A stretch of 63,390 nt of DNA, the filler included, from Asterionella formosa (taxonomy: Eukaryota), in the NCBI GenBank assembly GCA_002256025.1. It is 20 parts of 20 records of this genome, joined end to end, with 100 filler letters (N's around TTAATTAATTAA, not from the genome) between each part and the next. Parts side by side here need not be neighbours in the genome. Positions count along the whole stretch, not along the records: positions 1 to 28,226 come from NKIB01001269.1; 19 more parts are not named here. The stretch is one strand, 5' to 3'. The notes beneath the pieces were generated by a model. The model ran no database searches. It was given only the letters and a program-made list of their open reading frames with translations, and was not told where the DNA came from. How positions within the stretch are numbered: position 1 is the stretch's first letter; each line of letters opens with the position of its first letter. This document shows, piece by piece, positions 1 through 12,532 of the stretch. A program made the translations under genes and the position numbers.

Positions 1-316
1 TTCATGCTTGAATTGGTTTGTTCAAAGCTAGGAAATTATGATCACCAGAACAGATCTCATTTGCATTCAAATCGGAGCAATTCGACCATTGAATCAAAGG
101 CTATCTTGACAGCATTAAGTGAAACAACTTGTTTTTTTTGAATTCAACAAAAGACTAGACAGGATCTGTCCTTTTAAAAGCATTCCCAGCATCGTTCTTT
201 GACCACCATCACTACAGTTTGCCTCATTCACCATACAAATGGCTTAAATTAATTTTTCTAGAAACAATACCAGTACTGTATACATACCAAGAAAGTCTAC
301 TCTACAACTGGTAGCA

Positions 317-424
317 ATTGAGTAGTCTTAAAGCGCTTAATGTAAGTGATGGTAATTTTGTAGGGAAAAGATTGAGTAGTCTTAAAGCACTTACTATAAG
401 TGATGGTAAATTTGTAGAGAAAAT
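317..424. repeat. Tandem duplication, 54-bp unit x2
   Basis: attgagtagtcttaaagc...gtgatggtaa.tttgtag occurs at 317 and again at 371 with a few substitutions. Confidence 0.85.
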
Positions 425-2792
425 AAATAAAGGAGATGGCTGCAGTATAATCAAACATTATTTAACTAGTTATTTAGACGTGAGTATAAACTCGTAATTA
501 ATAATTAAATTATTGGCATCTAAATAAATTATTCGAAACCAATTTAACATACATATATTCATAGCGTACATGCACACATCACCAGATGCTGTTTTACATC
601 GGCTGGCCACTAAAATATTTGTGGGAAACTGAAAACAACATGGTATTATGATTTTATAACATGAGCACTAGATTACATGTCGTTTCATTTACATTCTACG
701 GTTATTGTTGCACTTACATGAACCATGATTCTGGATATTTAACGATTCCAATCATCAAAATGAGCATACTGTTGTTCTCTTCCTTCCCATCATTGCCACT
801 TTCGCAGTTGCGCATTCCATGATAGAAGGCAAGTTAACGTTGTTCTACTGTTATATCCTCCTTCACAGTTTGTATGTAGAGAAATAGATTGTTCGAAGAA
901 AAATGGGTCCTTGTGCATCTGCATTTTGCTCGAGATGGCCAAAAGTGGCTGAAAATCGAAAAATCCCAAGCCGTCTTTTTTGAAACGTAGTTGCCTATTG
1001 AAATCTTTATATATACATATTACATACATGGATCTGCAGCTTAGGGCAAGCCTCAAAATAGGGCAATGAAGCAGGAGAAAATTTGTAGGAGTAAAAACGG
1101 CCCTGGAAAAATGTTAAGAATTGATTTACAGAAGTTATTAAATCATTAAATTTAAAATATTGCTCTAAATCTAAGCTGCTATTTACCAACATTTTCCTTC
1201 TGAGTTTAATAAATCTATACCTTTTTGAAATAAAAAATAACAAATTTATAGATTCATTTTTTAATGTACTACCAAAAATTAAAAACAATGGTTTTAATTT
1301 TAAATTATGTCTAGATAAATGATCATAAAAATAAAATAATTTAATCAGCTTGTTAAATAGTCCAAACCACATTTTATTTAATTCCTCTGTCTTTAAAAAA
1401 TAATCTGACGGAAACAACCCATCAAAAGAAAACCTGCTTATATTAGAGATCCAGAGTACATGGTACTGAAAGGATGCGGATGCAATTAAGCCAAACATTT
1501 CCAGTAATCACACCAAATGTAGCTACTAGCTTTTCCCGACCAAAACTCTTTCTCATTAACTTTCTCATCAGGCTATTAATTAAGGCCAATCCACTAGACT
1601 AGTACCAGCTAGTAGTACTACCAGTAGCGGCTAGATGTGCCATTTCTAGCAATGGCTACAATAGAAATTAGTAGATTAGTAGTTGGTATCATGGACTACC
1701 CGGTAGTTCTATTTGTGGCTCCAAGCAAATCTAGCTGCTTTTTCAAAATCATCGTCCAACTTTTGTCAGAATCACTATGCCAAATGTCCCTTTCCTCGTC
1801 TGTGTTGTCTGATAAAGAGTGTGAACCGAAAATTCTGTGATTGGTTGATGAGTACAGTGCAGTAGATGAGAGCATCAACAAAGAGAACATGTTGAAAGAG
1901 ATAAATTCCAAATGCTTTTTTTCAGTGTACACAGGAAATCAAGCACATACGCAAGCTGGCAGCTGAAAACGTATGGTAAACAATTGGAGTCTGTGGGATT
2001 GGCCAGTAGAAACATTGGACTCCTTCGATTCGATTAGCGAGGGTTTTTAAAAAAGGTGTTCGCATGTCCTGGACCATCGCGTCCGTCCTTGTCTGCAATA
2101 TCAACCTGGTTATTTTCTCCAAACTAGGGTTAAGCCGGGTCAGTAAAATCGGTTAAATGTTTGTCTCAATGAACCTCTATATGTATTTTGTCCAAATACC
2201 GTGCCTTGTACCGCGTACCGGTATTGGTATTGGTACCACATTTCATCATGTCCTTTCCTATATAAAGCTCCAGACGGTCTCAATTTTTATTATTTCAACA
2301 CATTTTTTATCATAGCCGTCATGTTCTTCCGGTATTACACATCGCTGTTTCAGTATGTAACTCGACCTGTCCACTGGTACATGCTGGTCACAATGTACAT
2401 ACCAGGTACCGTGTAAAAGAGTACCGGTACACCTCAAATGAATACCGTGTCCCCGTAACAAGTTACCGGTAGGACATCTTTTGAGTAGACTACCTGGAAC
2501 CTGGTTCCTGGCATATACCGGTAGTTTTACTGTAAATAGTGGGCTAGATTTTACCATCTACCGGTTCCCGGCATACTAAAACATCGGTATCGGTAAATAC
2601 ACAACTGCATAGGTATAATCAGAGGGGCTTTTAACTCTTCTACAAATACACTGTACGAAAACAAGCATCCTTATATTCAACATCATAGCGTTAATTCATT
2701 TAACGATGTGTCTTGGGTCATTCTTCGCCCCGAACAATTTATCTTGATCATCATAAAAAGCATCTTTCCCTACTTCCCCAAGTCATTCCACC

Positions 2793-5700
2793 ATGAGCTG
2801 GACGGGGAGAAATACTGCAGCTTCGTCCCCATCAGGAGGTGAACGGCGATCGGATGTCCTCAAGCTGATCTTGTATGGTAAGTTCGTCCTGACGAAATGT
2901 TGGTGGATTGCTTGTTTCACGCCTGTGTTGCAAATTATTTTGAGTTGTTCATTTCTGTAGAATCAATACTGTCTGTTTACCTTGAACATTGTTGTGCCAT
3001 TCAAGATCCTGCAATTGGAGCAACGATACTTTTTCCGGTCTAAACTCCGTTCAATGCTTCTTCTTATCCCACATCAGATCTAAACTCAGCCATCGCTCCC
3101 AAGGAACACCGGTTCGTGGCCCTTCAAACTGCCATTTCCGAATTCGATCACGATGAAGACTGGAAGCACGATGAAGAACTTGATCTGCATGCCGACAAGA
3201 TTTTGTTTCAGAAATTGGCCTTTTGCTTCGCATCAGATCCTGGCTCGGTAGAAGTCGCCATGATTTGCACCGCTCTAGAAATGGTCTATCGAGCTTCTCG
3301 CCAAAGAATCGCCATGTCGTTTGCGGAATTGCGAGATTCTGTTCTGCCAATCTTTGTCGCCATGTTGGATCAGCCATTGAGGTTTCGAAAATTGGGGCAA
3401 CTGCAACAAGCCATTTTGGAAGCCCGCAAAAAGAATTCATCTCGAGTCGGTGGCAATGTTCGAGACAAGAGTATGCAAGACTCTTATACGACAAGTGGTC
3501 ATACCTATTCAAAGACTAAAAAGTTTATAGACGAAGACAATCAAACGTATGCAACCTACGATGACTATCCAAAGAAAGCCAAGAATTTGGACGAGGATGA
3601 TCGAACTTATGCTACCTACGATGACTATCCAAAGAAAGCCAAGAATTTGGACGAGGACGATCGAACTTATGCTACCTACGATGACTATCCAAAGAAAGCC
3701 AAGAATTTGGACGAAGATGATCAAACTAATGCAACCTACGATGACTATCCAAAGAAAGCCAAGAATCTGGACGAAGAAGATCAAACTAATGCAACCTACG
3801 ATTACTATCCAAAGAAAGCCAAGAATCTGGACGAAGACGATCAAACTTATGCAACCTACGATGACTATCCTAAGAAAGCAAAGAATCTGGACGAATTCGA
3901 TCAAACTTATTATCCCAAGAAAAGCATGGCTGTTGGTTACGGCAATGATTCTTATGCAAAGGATGATGATTATCCGAAGAAACACGTGGCTAAAGGTCAT
4001 GGCAATGATTCTTATGCAACGTATGATGATTCTCCCCTGAAGCCCAAGAAGAAGAATATTGGTGATCAAAGCAAGTCGACTAGTAATTCAAAGGAAGAAA
4101 TAATTGCTGATAATGACATTGAAGCATATGCAACGTTTGAGAGCCATCAAGCAAAGAAGATCGCCAGTGCATATAGCGGATCAGAAAATCAAGGAGACGA
4201 CAGTCATGGCGGTGTTTCATATATCCAAGGTAAAGGCAACGTTAAAAATGACGAAGGTGACTCCAATGGAAATGACGAATCTGATAATGAGGACTCATTA
4301 GTTAAAAGCGACAACAGAAAACCCTCTAATGACGATTGCAATATTCATACCAGCGAGGACGATGAAGTCAATTCTCTCGTGTCGGATGACACATACGGGA
4401 AGCCTGACAGCAAGCCGAACAAAGGCGACGATAGATCGGAAGACAAGAATCAGGAATTTAGCAAAAATCAGCCAAGTGGCGACTCAACTATTTACACGAT
4501 GGATGGCATGCACTCTATTGCCAAAGGCTCACGTGAGGAAGAATTTGATGATGCTTTAGGAGACTCGAAGGAATCTGGTAGCAATTTCGCTGAATCCCTC
4601 TCAGTAGAGAAATCATTTTTCAATCGTCACGCCGCACCGCCCGAAAAAGTCAGGGACCTCACTCCGTCAGTCAAAACAGTTTCGACACATGCTCGTAGCT
4701 TGAGAGAAAAGAAAAACCAACAGGAAGAAGGAACCGAAAACTCAGTAATTCAACGGCTGGAATGGGAACTGGCGATCATTCGGTTTGAGGTACCCACCAA
4801 CTCTGTTGCCATTGGTCGATCCCTTCAGGTATTGAGGTATTTTTCACGAGTTTTCTCTGCCATGGTTCAACTTGCCCACCACCCTGGAATGCTAGATGCC
4901 CTTGTCTATCAGCTGGAACGTCAACCATATGGAAAGCACAAACAACAATTTTTTGAGTATGAAAATGGGGAACCAAGGTTAGAAGATGAACTAGAGGAAT
5001 TAGAAGCCGCGAGAATTGATGCTATCGCCACTATCGTCAACTTGGCTTGTGCCGAGGAGAATAAAACAATGATTGCCCGACATAAGGGCTTGCTTGATGC
5101 CATCATCACTGTTGCGCAAAATGACGATTCTGAGGAGGCAAGAGAACATGCGGCGATTGTGATAATGAATTTGGCATATGACGATGAGAATAAGGTATGT
5201 CTTTCATGTATGGTTTGTGTGTGTTGTATAAGAGGCCTCACATGGAAATCATATCATCTGACCACTGTGATAACCCTACAGATTATGATGGTCCAACATC
5301 AAGGAATGCTCAAGACTCTTGTCACACTCTTGCAGGAGAAGTCTCCGTTCACCAGAAGATATGCATCAGCTGCCTTGTTTACCCTTGCTTGTGTGGTGGG
5401 AAATACAGAACGCATAGCATCATTTTGTGATGGAGAAATCTTGGAATGCCTCAGAAGAGTCCTTGAGCATGATCCTGTTGATGAAGCACGTATCAATTCG
5501 GCGGAAGCAATGTTTAATATGGCCCGCAACAACACTGCGGAGACAGTTCAAATCATGGCCGACCACCCTCGACTCCTTGCTACCTTGGCCAAATCTATTT
5601 TGACTGACTATAGTGCGGATGTTCGTTTGTATTGTGCTCGTGCTCTGGAATGGATGTCCGCGGATGTGCACCACCCAATGGAATGTCATCGTACGTTATT

Positions 5701-6088
5701 AAGTGCTCTCACTGTCTCGGCACAATGGACGAAAGCAAACTGCATTGCGGAGGCCATAAAAACGCAGGCTATACTCCCCGAGAACAGACTTCCCATGGCA
5801 GCGCATGATGGATTTCTCCAGGCGCTTTCCAATTTGGCTCTGTTGGAGAGATCAAATGATGCTGATATTCGCAAGAGCGCTATTGCCGCCTTGGAAATGG
5901 TTAGCCGAGAACCAGCAGCTAGAAAATATATGGTGCACAATGAGCAGGTCATGCGATCGCTGACAATAGCGTCGTTTGCGAAGCGATATGGTGAGGATGA
6001 CCTCCTTGGTGAAAACGAGGACGACGAGGGAACAGCAACAACGAAGATGATCAAGAATGCCTTGAAGAATTTAGCAGATAATTTGTAG
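2793..6088 (+). CDS. Armadillo/ARM-repeat protein with a central low-complexity tandem-repeat insert; exons 2793-2877, 3078-5194, 5282-6088
   Basis: ATG at 2793; GTAAGT donor at 2878 and CAG acceptor at 3077 splice in frame into the 990-aa ORF. A second GTATGT...CAG intron at 5195-5281 (87 nt) removes an odd Cys-rich peptide. The C-terminal half has ARM-like units (AIATIVNLAC, AAIVIMNLAY, ASAALFTLAC, SAEAMFNMAR). Confidence 0.85.
3529..3920 (+). repeat. Coding minisatellite, 60-bp (20-aa) unit x~6.5
   Basis: DEDDRTYATYDDYPKKAKNL repeated; consecutive 60-base lines are nearly identical. Confidence 0.95.
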
Positions 6089-6182
6089 GAGTACAATTAT
6101 TATGTGACTTAGTAGTACTTCATATAACAGACAAGGACGGATGTGATGGGGCAATGCCATCTGAGAACTGTAATACAAATTA

Positions 6183-6342
6183 TCTTGCAATCAAATCAAA
6201 AGAGTCTATCAAGCTGAGATATTAAAGTAGCAACAACATGACTATTAATGGCCATCTCAAGCTCTTGCAATCAAATCAAAAGAGTTTATCAAGCTGAGAT
6301 ATTAAAGTAGCAACAACATGAGTATTAATGGCCATCTCAAGC
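6183..6342. repeat. Tandem duplication, 80-bp unit x2
   Basis: tcttgcaatcaaatcaaaagag...ggccatctcaagc at 6183 and 6263. Confidence 0.9.
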
Positions 6343-7242
6343 CCTTGGGCCAATGCCCTGACAGGTAGGGCAGACTGCATACTGGTCAAGACTGGGGCTG
6401 CACACAGGTTTATAGTGAGTGAAAGCCTCACAATACCTTGCCCAGGTGAAGGGGTGGGGTGCCTCACCGGACACCAGGTCATTAATGGATGACAGGGTGC
6501 CTCAAAAACATTCCTGAGTACATGAACTGGTGAGAGGAGTTCGAATTCTCCCATGATGCCCCCAAGCACCCCACATTGATGGGGCAGGCGGGCAAAGCGG
6601 CCGGATAGGTTTTCTCCTGGCGCCTTGGAACAGCGAAAAAATGGCCATCTTGAACTAAATACAGAAACATGAGGACCCATTTTTCTTCGAACAATCCACT
6701 GGTAGACAAGCTACATGAGTGTCTGGGTTCCTTTTTGGTAATCTTTGAGAAAAAACAGAGAAATCACCATCGCGAAAACGCAAGCGCTCATGGCATTTTG
6801 AGAAGATACCGGAAAACCACCAGCATCATTGTTGCTTATTAGCAGAACAAAGGATGTAAAAAGATGCTATTTTATCACTGGCAAAATAGGAAAAATACTA
6901 GTATTGCCTAACGATGTTGAACTACAATCATGATGATGTGTAGACGGTGCTAGCGCCAAAATGAGAGAATTTCGCTGTGAAGCTTGCCAAATCAAGAGAA
7001 CAGCAAGAAACTATATCGAAAAGAAAGATAGAAATCTTTAACTCATGGTGAAAGCCAAGCAACGACATGAGCAAAAAATCAAGGACTATGCTGGCAAAAG
7101 CAAAGCAATGACACAATGAAGGATAACGCCTGGCACACCTGAATGATGATCTGAGAGACAATCATTAAGAATGTGCTATAAAAATGATTAAAATATAATA
7201 TATCATCAAATAAATGATTATCTGTTTTATAGCCCATTTGCG

Positions 7243-7442
7243 CTCCCTATTTCTATTGGCAAGTTTTTCAATGTGCTACCTGCCAACAACAACACCTGTG
7301 TTTCCCTTTTTTGTGAGAATATGTGAGTCCAAGAAAGGTGATTAGGGACTCACCAACCAGTATGCTATCAAAACTAGGGAAGCACAGGTGTTGTTGGCAG
7401 GTACTCCAGCACATTGAAAAACTTGCCTATAGTAATAGGGAG
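7243..7442. repeat. Inverted pair (~65-bp arms) made of the 3' part of the tRNA-derived repeat family
   Basis: 7243-7307 is the approximate reverse complement of 7376-7442. 7327-7412 aligns with 33726-33793. Confidence 0.8.
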
Positions 7443-8055
7443 TACGAATGTTCTTTGAAATATAGTAAATTTTATATATTTGTATGAATGATTTGCTCAC
7501 GAATAACAAAATTGTAAACATGGTTTGCAAAAACATATGTATTTTTATTACACTAGCATAGAATTCGAGGGCAATAGAGCCGATGGTGTGTAATGAAATT
7601 TCATGTATACAGGTAAATGATTTGTGCACTACTGGTACTGTGTAAGTAGCTAGTAGATTACCGGGAACAAAAGAATGTGTATTAGCATGCCGCTTGCATC
7701 ATTTTGTAGATACCACCAATGAGGGTGTCAATGTGCAAGTACTGGTGACGTAATAAACTCCTCATCAAATACCCGGCATGTGCTGAAGGCAATACATGCC
7801 CAAGGTTGTCTCATGAAGTACCTGGTAGCTACTACAATGAATCACAATGCATGCGTCTCCATTGAAACTCCTATTTTTTACTTCATTACTCACCCAAAAC
7901 AATTTTTTCTATTTCTTATTTGATGCAACTTATTACATCGCATTTCATACTTTGGTTGCTCCGAACATCATGTTCAATTTTCATTGATGTTGCATGTGGT
8001 TACAATCATTCTCGTGTGTTTTACGCTTGTTGTACCATCTCCATTCATATTACCG

Positions 8056-8193
8056 TTATTCTGGTTGTCATGCTAAAAATCGGCATTTTTAATGCCGAAA
8101 AATTCGATGTGCCCCATATTGCCCCTAAAAAATACTTATGAAATTACTTAAAGCCTAAAAATTACTTAGAAGTACCCGAATGGCAAGACGATA
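8056..8193. repeat. Dispersed ~135-bp element, copy 1 (copy 2 at 20306-20439)
   Basis: Colinear similarity including the identical core taaaaattacttagaagtacccgaatggcaagacgata. Confidence 0.85.
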
Positions 8194-8282
8194 GCTAGGG
8201 TGGGAATTGCCCGAATAAATAAAGCACCGCCACCTCATCGATCTGCGCCCTTGATTGTAAAAACATCGAACCGTACTCCTCC

Positions 8283-9155
8283 ATGGGATCTGATCAGTCC
8301 AAATCCCTTGCAGCTCTTGACGCGAAAGAGGTTGCTCAAGCCATTACTCAGCTCGGCCAAAAGTTTGAAGGATATGGCCAGATTTCAATTGACAACGGTG
8401 TCGATGGCGAACTCCTCGCTGGCATGACGGACGTAGAAGTACTCGAAACGCTCGATGATCTGAACATTACCAACAGACTTCACCGCAGAGTCCTTATAAA
8501 GGAGCTCAAATCAGCCGGTTCAGTAGCAGGCCCGTCATCAAGGGTGGCGACATTCTACAAGCAAGTCCCGACGACTTACAACGTGAGTATTTCAACACCC
8601 AAAGGAGATCTAGTAGCGTTTGAGGAAATTGCACGAGACGCCTTGAACCATTCCACCGCTTGTTTCGCTGGAGTTAATTTAGTGTCCGACAGTGGAGCCA
8701 TCCCGCTTGCTGCTATACTCGCGGACAGTGATGGAGATCGACGTCAGTTGGACTTGTACTGTCCCGAAGGCAGGTCCATGTGTACAGCAATTGTCAAGTT
8801 TGAAATTGACAAGAAATTTGTCAGTCGAGAAGTTTGGGCCCATCTTCGTTTTCCTGGCGATCAAAAGCAGTGGTACACGGGTCATGTAGTTCTGGATGAG
8901 TGTGGACACCGAATTGGAATGGTATGCATGGTAGATATTGGCGATAAAGTCATTGTTGAAGGGGAGCGAATATGTTTGCTTGAGCAGTTGGCCGCTGACA
9001 CTGAGTACCAATTAAAACTACGACGTGTGCTTCTGGAACGTCAGCGGTTAGCGGATCAGATTATGAAACGAGATCAATCGTATGACATGTTCAGTGCTGC
9101 CGCTTACTCCGAAGTCGAAGATCGGTTGGCCGACGTCTCACAACCGAAGAATTGA
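8283..9155 (+). CDS. Putative N-myristoylated SAM + GAF domain protein
   Basis: MGSDQSK N-terminus. SAM-like EVAQAITQLG...NGVDGELL...LDDLNITNRLHRRVLIKEL. GAF-like FEEIARDA...FAGVNLV...SMCTAIV...WYTGHVV...GHRIGMVCMVD...LLEQLA. Confidence 0.75.
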   Translation: MGSDQSKSLAALDAKEVAQAITQLGQKFEGYGQISIDNGVDGELLAGMTDVEVLETLDDLNITNRLHRRVLIKELKSAGSVAGPSSRVATFYKQVPTTYNVSISTPKGDLVAFEEIARDALNHSTACFAGVNLVSDSGAIPLAAILADSDGDRRQLDLYCPEGRSMCTAIVKFEIDKKFVSREVWAHLRFPGDQKQWYTGHVVLDECGHRIGMVCMVDIGDKVIVEGERICLLEQLAADTEYQLKLRRVLLERQRLADQIMKRDQSYDMFSAAAYSEVEDRLADVSQPKN

Positions 9156-10349
9156 TTCAGTCAAAACGTACTACTATAAATAGTGTAACATAGGACTTGT
9201 TTAGGTACTGGAAGCGCCTCACCCAAGGGAGAAACATTTCTACGTCATCGTCATCATTGAAGATGCAAAATTCGGAATCTCATTGGAAAGAATGATACAG
9301 AATGTGCATGTCGACCTCCATAGAGATATGGTAGCACAGCGTAACAATCCAAAGCAACGTTGCGTCCAAATCAAGGCTGTGACTTTTCTTGGATTTGATC
9401 CTGCCTATGCATCAGCAACCTGCACCTTTATAGAAGGTGAATAATTTCACAACTCGCATCATCCTCAAATTACCAATTACTTTTTATGTGGAGTCGTTGA
9501 ACTCGCATGAAAAAGTCTCGTCAAGTTGGATGGCAGATACCAATTGGGATAAGGCTTTATTGCTGCTTCCCAGCGCCCATGATGAACTGGCTAGGGGGTT
9601 ATTTATGACACAATCATCCCCGCAAATGCTGCAGGCATGCTCTTTGACAACACATCCGCACAACTTGGCAATTGAGTATGAAGCTTTACAAAGTGAAGAA
9701 TACTTCGGCAACAGCAGCAATGCGACCTTCATTATGCCACAGTTGTGGTCAATAAGTCAACTCCCATTCCCTGAAAACCAGGAATACTTCGTTTTGGATA
9801 TGGTTCCTTGTCACCTAACGGGCATAACGTAAACGGCTGGAAATCCTCCACTGTAATAATGCACTCACATACTGTAGCATACTGACCGAACTGTTGACAT
9901 TCAAAACTGGAATCCTCCTTATTTATTAAGGCAACATTGCGAATGTGTAGATTCATAAGTTTATGCATTTCAACGCCAAAAGAAGTTCGAGTTACAGTAC
10001 TGCTGTCGTTCATGAGGGTATCATATGTGAAGGCCTGTATGGTGCTATTGGTATCGAGCAATAGAAGCTGACCGTCATCTATGTATGGGAACATCTACAA
10101 TGAAATCATCATAATTAATCAATTACGAGTAAAAAATCTATTTTCCCTCAAGGATAAAGTGCTCATGATGAATGGCAACTACTAGCTCGATTCTGCTACT
10201 TTCTTGCATAGATCTTGGAAGCGCGATGATAGAAGCTGTGCCTAATTATTGATAAATGATGAGTTCTGCTTACATCATTCCAAGTCAGAGCGAAACAGGA
10301 TTCGAAATGAGAGAATTGCATCTACTGCAATAAATGGATGGGCCTTCCT

Positions 10350-10841
10350 TCAAGCAAGTATAACCTCACATTCATCATCACATACCAGAGTCTTCCTCGG
10401 AACTGGTAATGGATTTGTGGGGGCCATCATAGATGATTCGTCGATGCTCACATCAGAGGAGTCCGACACGTGATGTACTGATTGCACTTTCAATTGAACG
10501 TCGCATCGAAGAGTTTTATTAAGGGCCATTAGTGCCTTGTTCCGTTGCTCCATTTTCAGAAAGGACTTGTGCGAAAGCTTCAGTACATGTTCGAGTCGTT
10601 CCATTCTACTAGCCTGTTTTTGAATGTGAATTTTGGCTGAAACCGATCGTTCATAGGCTTGTTTCATCTTCGTCGCATTTTCGTGGTACTTCGCCATCTT
10701 CATGGACATGATTGTCATTGCAGATCGTAGTGCTTGTACTTCCGATTGCAGTGATCGATTTTCAGATAATATTGCTTCTGTTGCCGATGATTGCAGTGCA
10801 AAATCATCGTTCAACAACACGGTGTTGGGAATATCGTTCAT
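10350..10841 (-). CDS. Hypothetical coiled-coil protein
   Basis: 163-aa ATG ORF with heptad-like helical composition (ENRSLQSEVQALRSAM...); no family recognised. Confidence 0.45.
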   Translation of the reverse strand: MNDIPNTVLLNDDFALQSSATEAILSENRSLQSEVQALRSAMTIMSMKMAKYHENATKMKQAYERSVSAKIHIQKQASRMERLEHVLKLSHKSFLKMEQRNKALMALNKTLRCDVQLKVQSVHHVSDSSDVSIDESSMMAPTNPLPVPRKTLVCDDECEVILA

Positions 10842-11594
10842 GGGGACTTTGTATCACAATTTTTATTGTGCGAAGGGGGTCGTTGAGAATGAAAAATATG
10901 AACGTTAAAGGAAAAATTGTGAGTAAGGCCAACGTTCGCATTGATGTCGTCGTCACCTGAACGTCATCAGTTGGGAGCATGCAGACTTTGACAAATGACT
11001 GGCAGGCTATCAATAACATTGTGGTCGTAGTCATTGACTCTGCTTTACCTTCACTATACTGTGCCAATCTTTACAGCCTATCTATACACATCGTTCCTGT
11101 GACATCGTGCCATTGTATGTGCACATATTTAGTTGTTGGGATGTTTCCATGCGATGGTCGTGAGTGGCACTAAAACTGCCAAAGTCGGAACAACGAATGT
11201 GTCTTGTTACGACAAATTTGGAGTCTTATCGTGATTGTTATTGTCTTTAAGGAACCTTGATGTCGAATGAAAGAAATCTGAAAATGGTTGTTTGTACGTA
11301 TCGGGAATATTCAATTGATTGAATATACTTTTTGTTATTGCTAAAATTCATGCATGTATATTCTTGGAGCGAATTGGGCTATGTAGAAACAAATTGCCCC
11401 ATGATCAAATCGTGAAGGGTCAAAAATAAAAAAATAGATGATGTGATAATCAACTACCGTTATATCGATGTACCACTATGACTATTGTTGGAACAAGGGC
11501 TCAGCAATTGATCCAGGGGTCAAGATCAACAACTGTGTTTGAAATATTTGAAATAATTTTGATACATGCATCATGATTAACACAACACTCACAC

Positions 11595-11735
11595 AAGGGA
11601 ATGGCTTAATGGTTTAGCATGTTGCCTTCTTTGACCTGAAGTTCTGTGGTTTCATTCCCACCATTTTTTTGAGAAGCAATTGTTGGTTTCAACTCCCACA
11701 CTCCTTACCATCGGGACCTCACCTTTTGTTGGCTT
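11595..11735 (+). mobile_element. tRNA-derived SINE-like element, 5' part (copy A, more degenerate)
   Basis: A-box-like tggcttaatgg, two B-box-like segments and a T-run. Aligns with 33483-33600. Confidence 0.6.
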
Positions 11736-11972
11736 GGGGGGGGGGGGGGGCGCGGCGGGGCGGGGCGGGGNNNNNNNNNNCCCCCCCACACCCAACCCCC
11801 CGCCCCCCCCCCCTTCCCCGGCCCCCCCCCCCCCCCCCCCGAACCCTAGTACTAGGGACTACATGAAAGCGACAGGTGGAGAATGCAGGATTAGAACTTG
11901 CCAACACAGAAGGTCTGCTAACCAATTAGCCATTCTTGTCATGAATTCTTTTTTTAGTAGCTATGCTCAGTA

Positions 11973-12532
11973 CTCCCTCTGTTCATATATAGTGTTTCAA
12001 CACGCTCAGCAACTAACCCAGCTCAATCCATAGTGTCCTTTTCAGAAGACCTCTGTAGAAGCAATTTGCATCATTTTCTATTTTCTACATGAGTCAATCC
12101 AGGCAACAGCTGCATCAGCTAGATTATTATATTTATGCAACTATAAGCAATGCTACATTGTAATACTTGTGCATCATTCAGGGCTATTAATATTTGTTGG
12201 CCAGTGTACTGACCTATATGGCATGTGTAAAATCATCTGTACGTAACAGAGACCAATAGCTTTGTAAATTATCAAGTATGGATTTTGGACAATAAATAAT
12301 TTGTTCTACAGATGTCGAATAAGATAGCTAAAGTTTTGTGCATGCCCAGATTCATGATGACCTGGCCATCCAAGTCTATGGTCTCAGTCTCCCTCTATAG
12401 TTTGCAAAACATGCATTTGATTTGGAATTATATTACGTAAAAGGGGCTGTTAGCCATTGAATTATCCAAGCTTGCTCTTCATGAGAGGCAGTGACCTAAA
12501 GTTTGGCTGCAACTATACATGAACAGAGGGAG
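11973..12532. mobile_element. Stowaway-like (Tc1/mariner) MITE
   Basis: TIRs ctccctctgttcat(a/g)tatagt at 11973-11993 and 12512-12532, each flanked by TA. A partial second copy lies at 43543-43645. Confidence 0.8.

Noticed and set aside
790..2122. Short minus-strand ORFs
   Set aside because: AT-rich, no recognisable motifs; cannot be supported as genes.
3529..3920. Possible repeat-spacer array, plus overlapping ORFs 3509-4069 and 3549-4040
   Set aside because: In-frame coding minisatellite; the other ORFs are shadows of the repeat.
9300..10094. Interrupted minus-strand reading frame
   Set aside because: Looks like decayed coding sequence, but no family could be recognised.
11736..11845. 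G-quadruplex or proline-rich ORF
   Set aside because: G and C homopolymers flanking an N gap; likely low-quality sequence.
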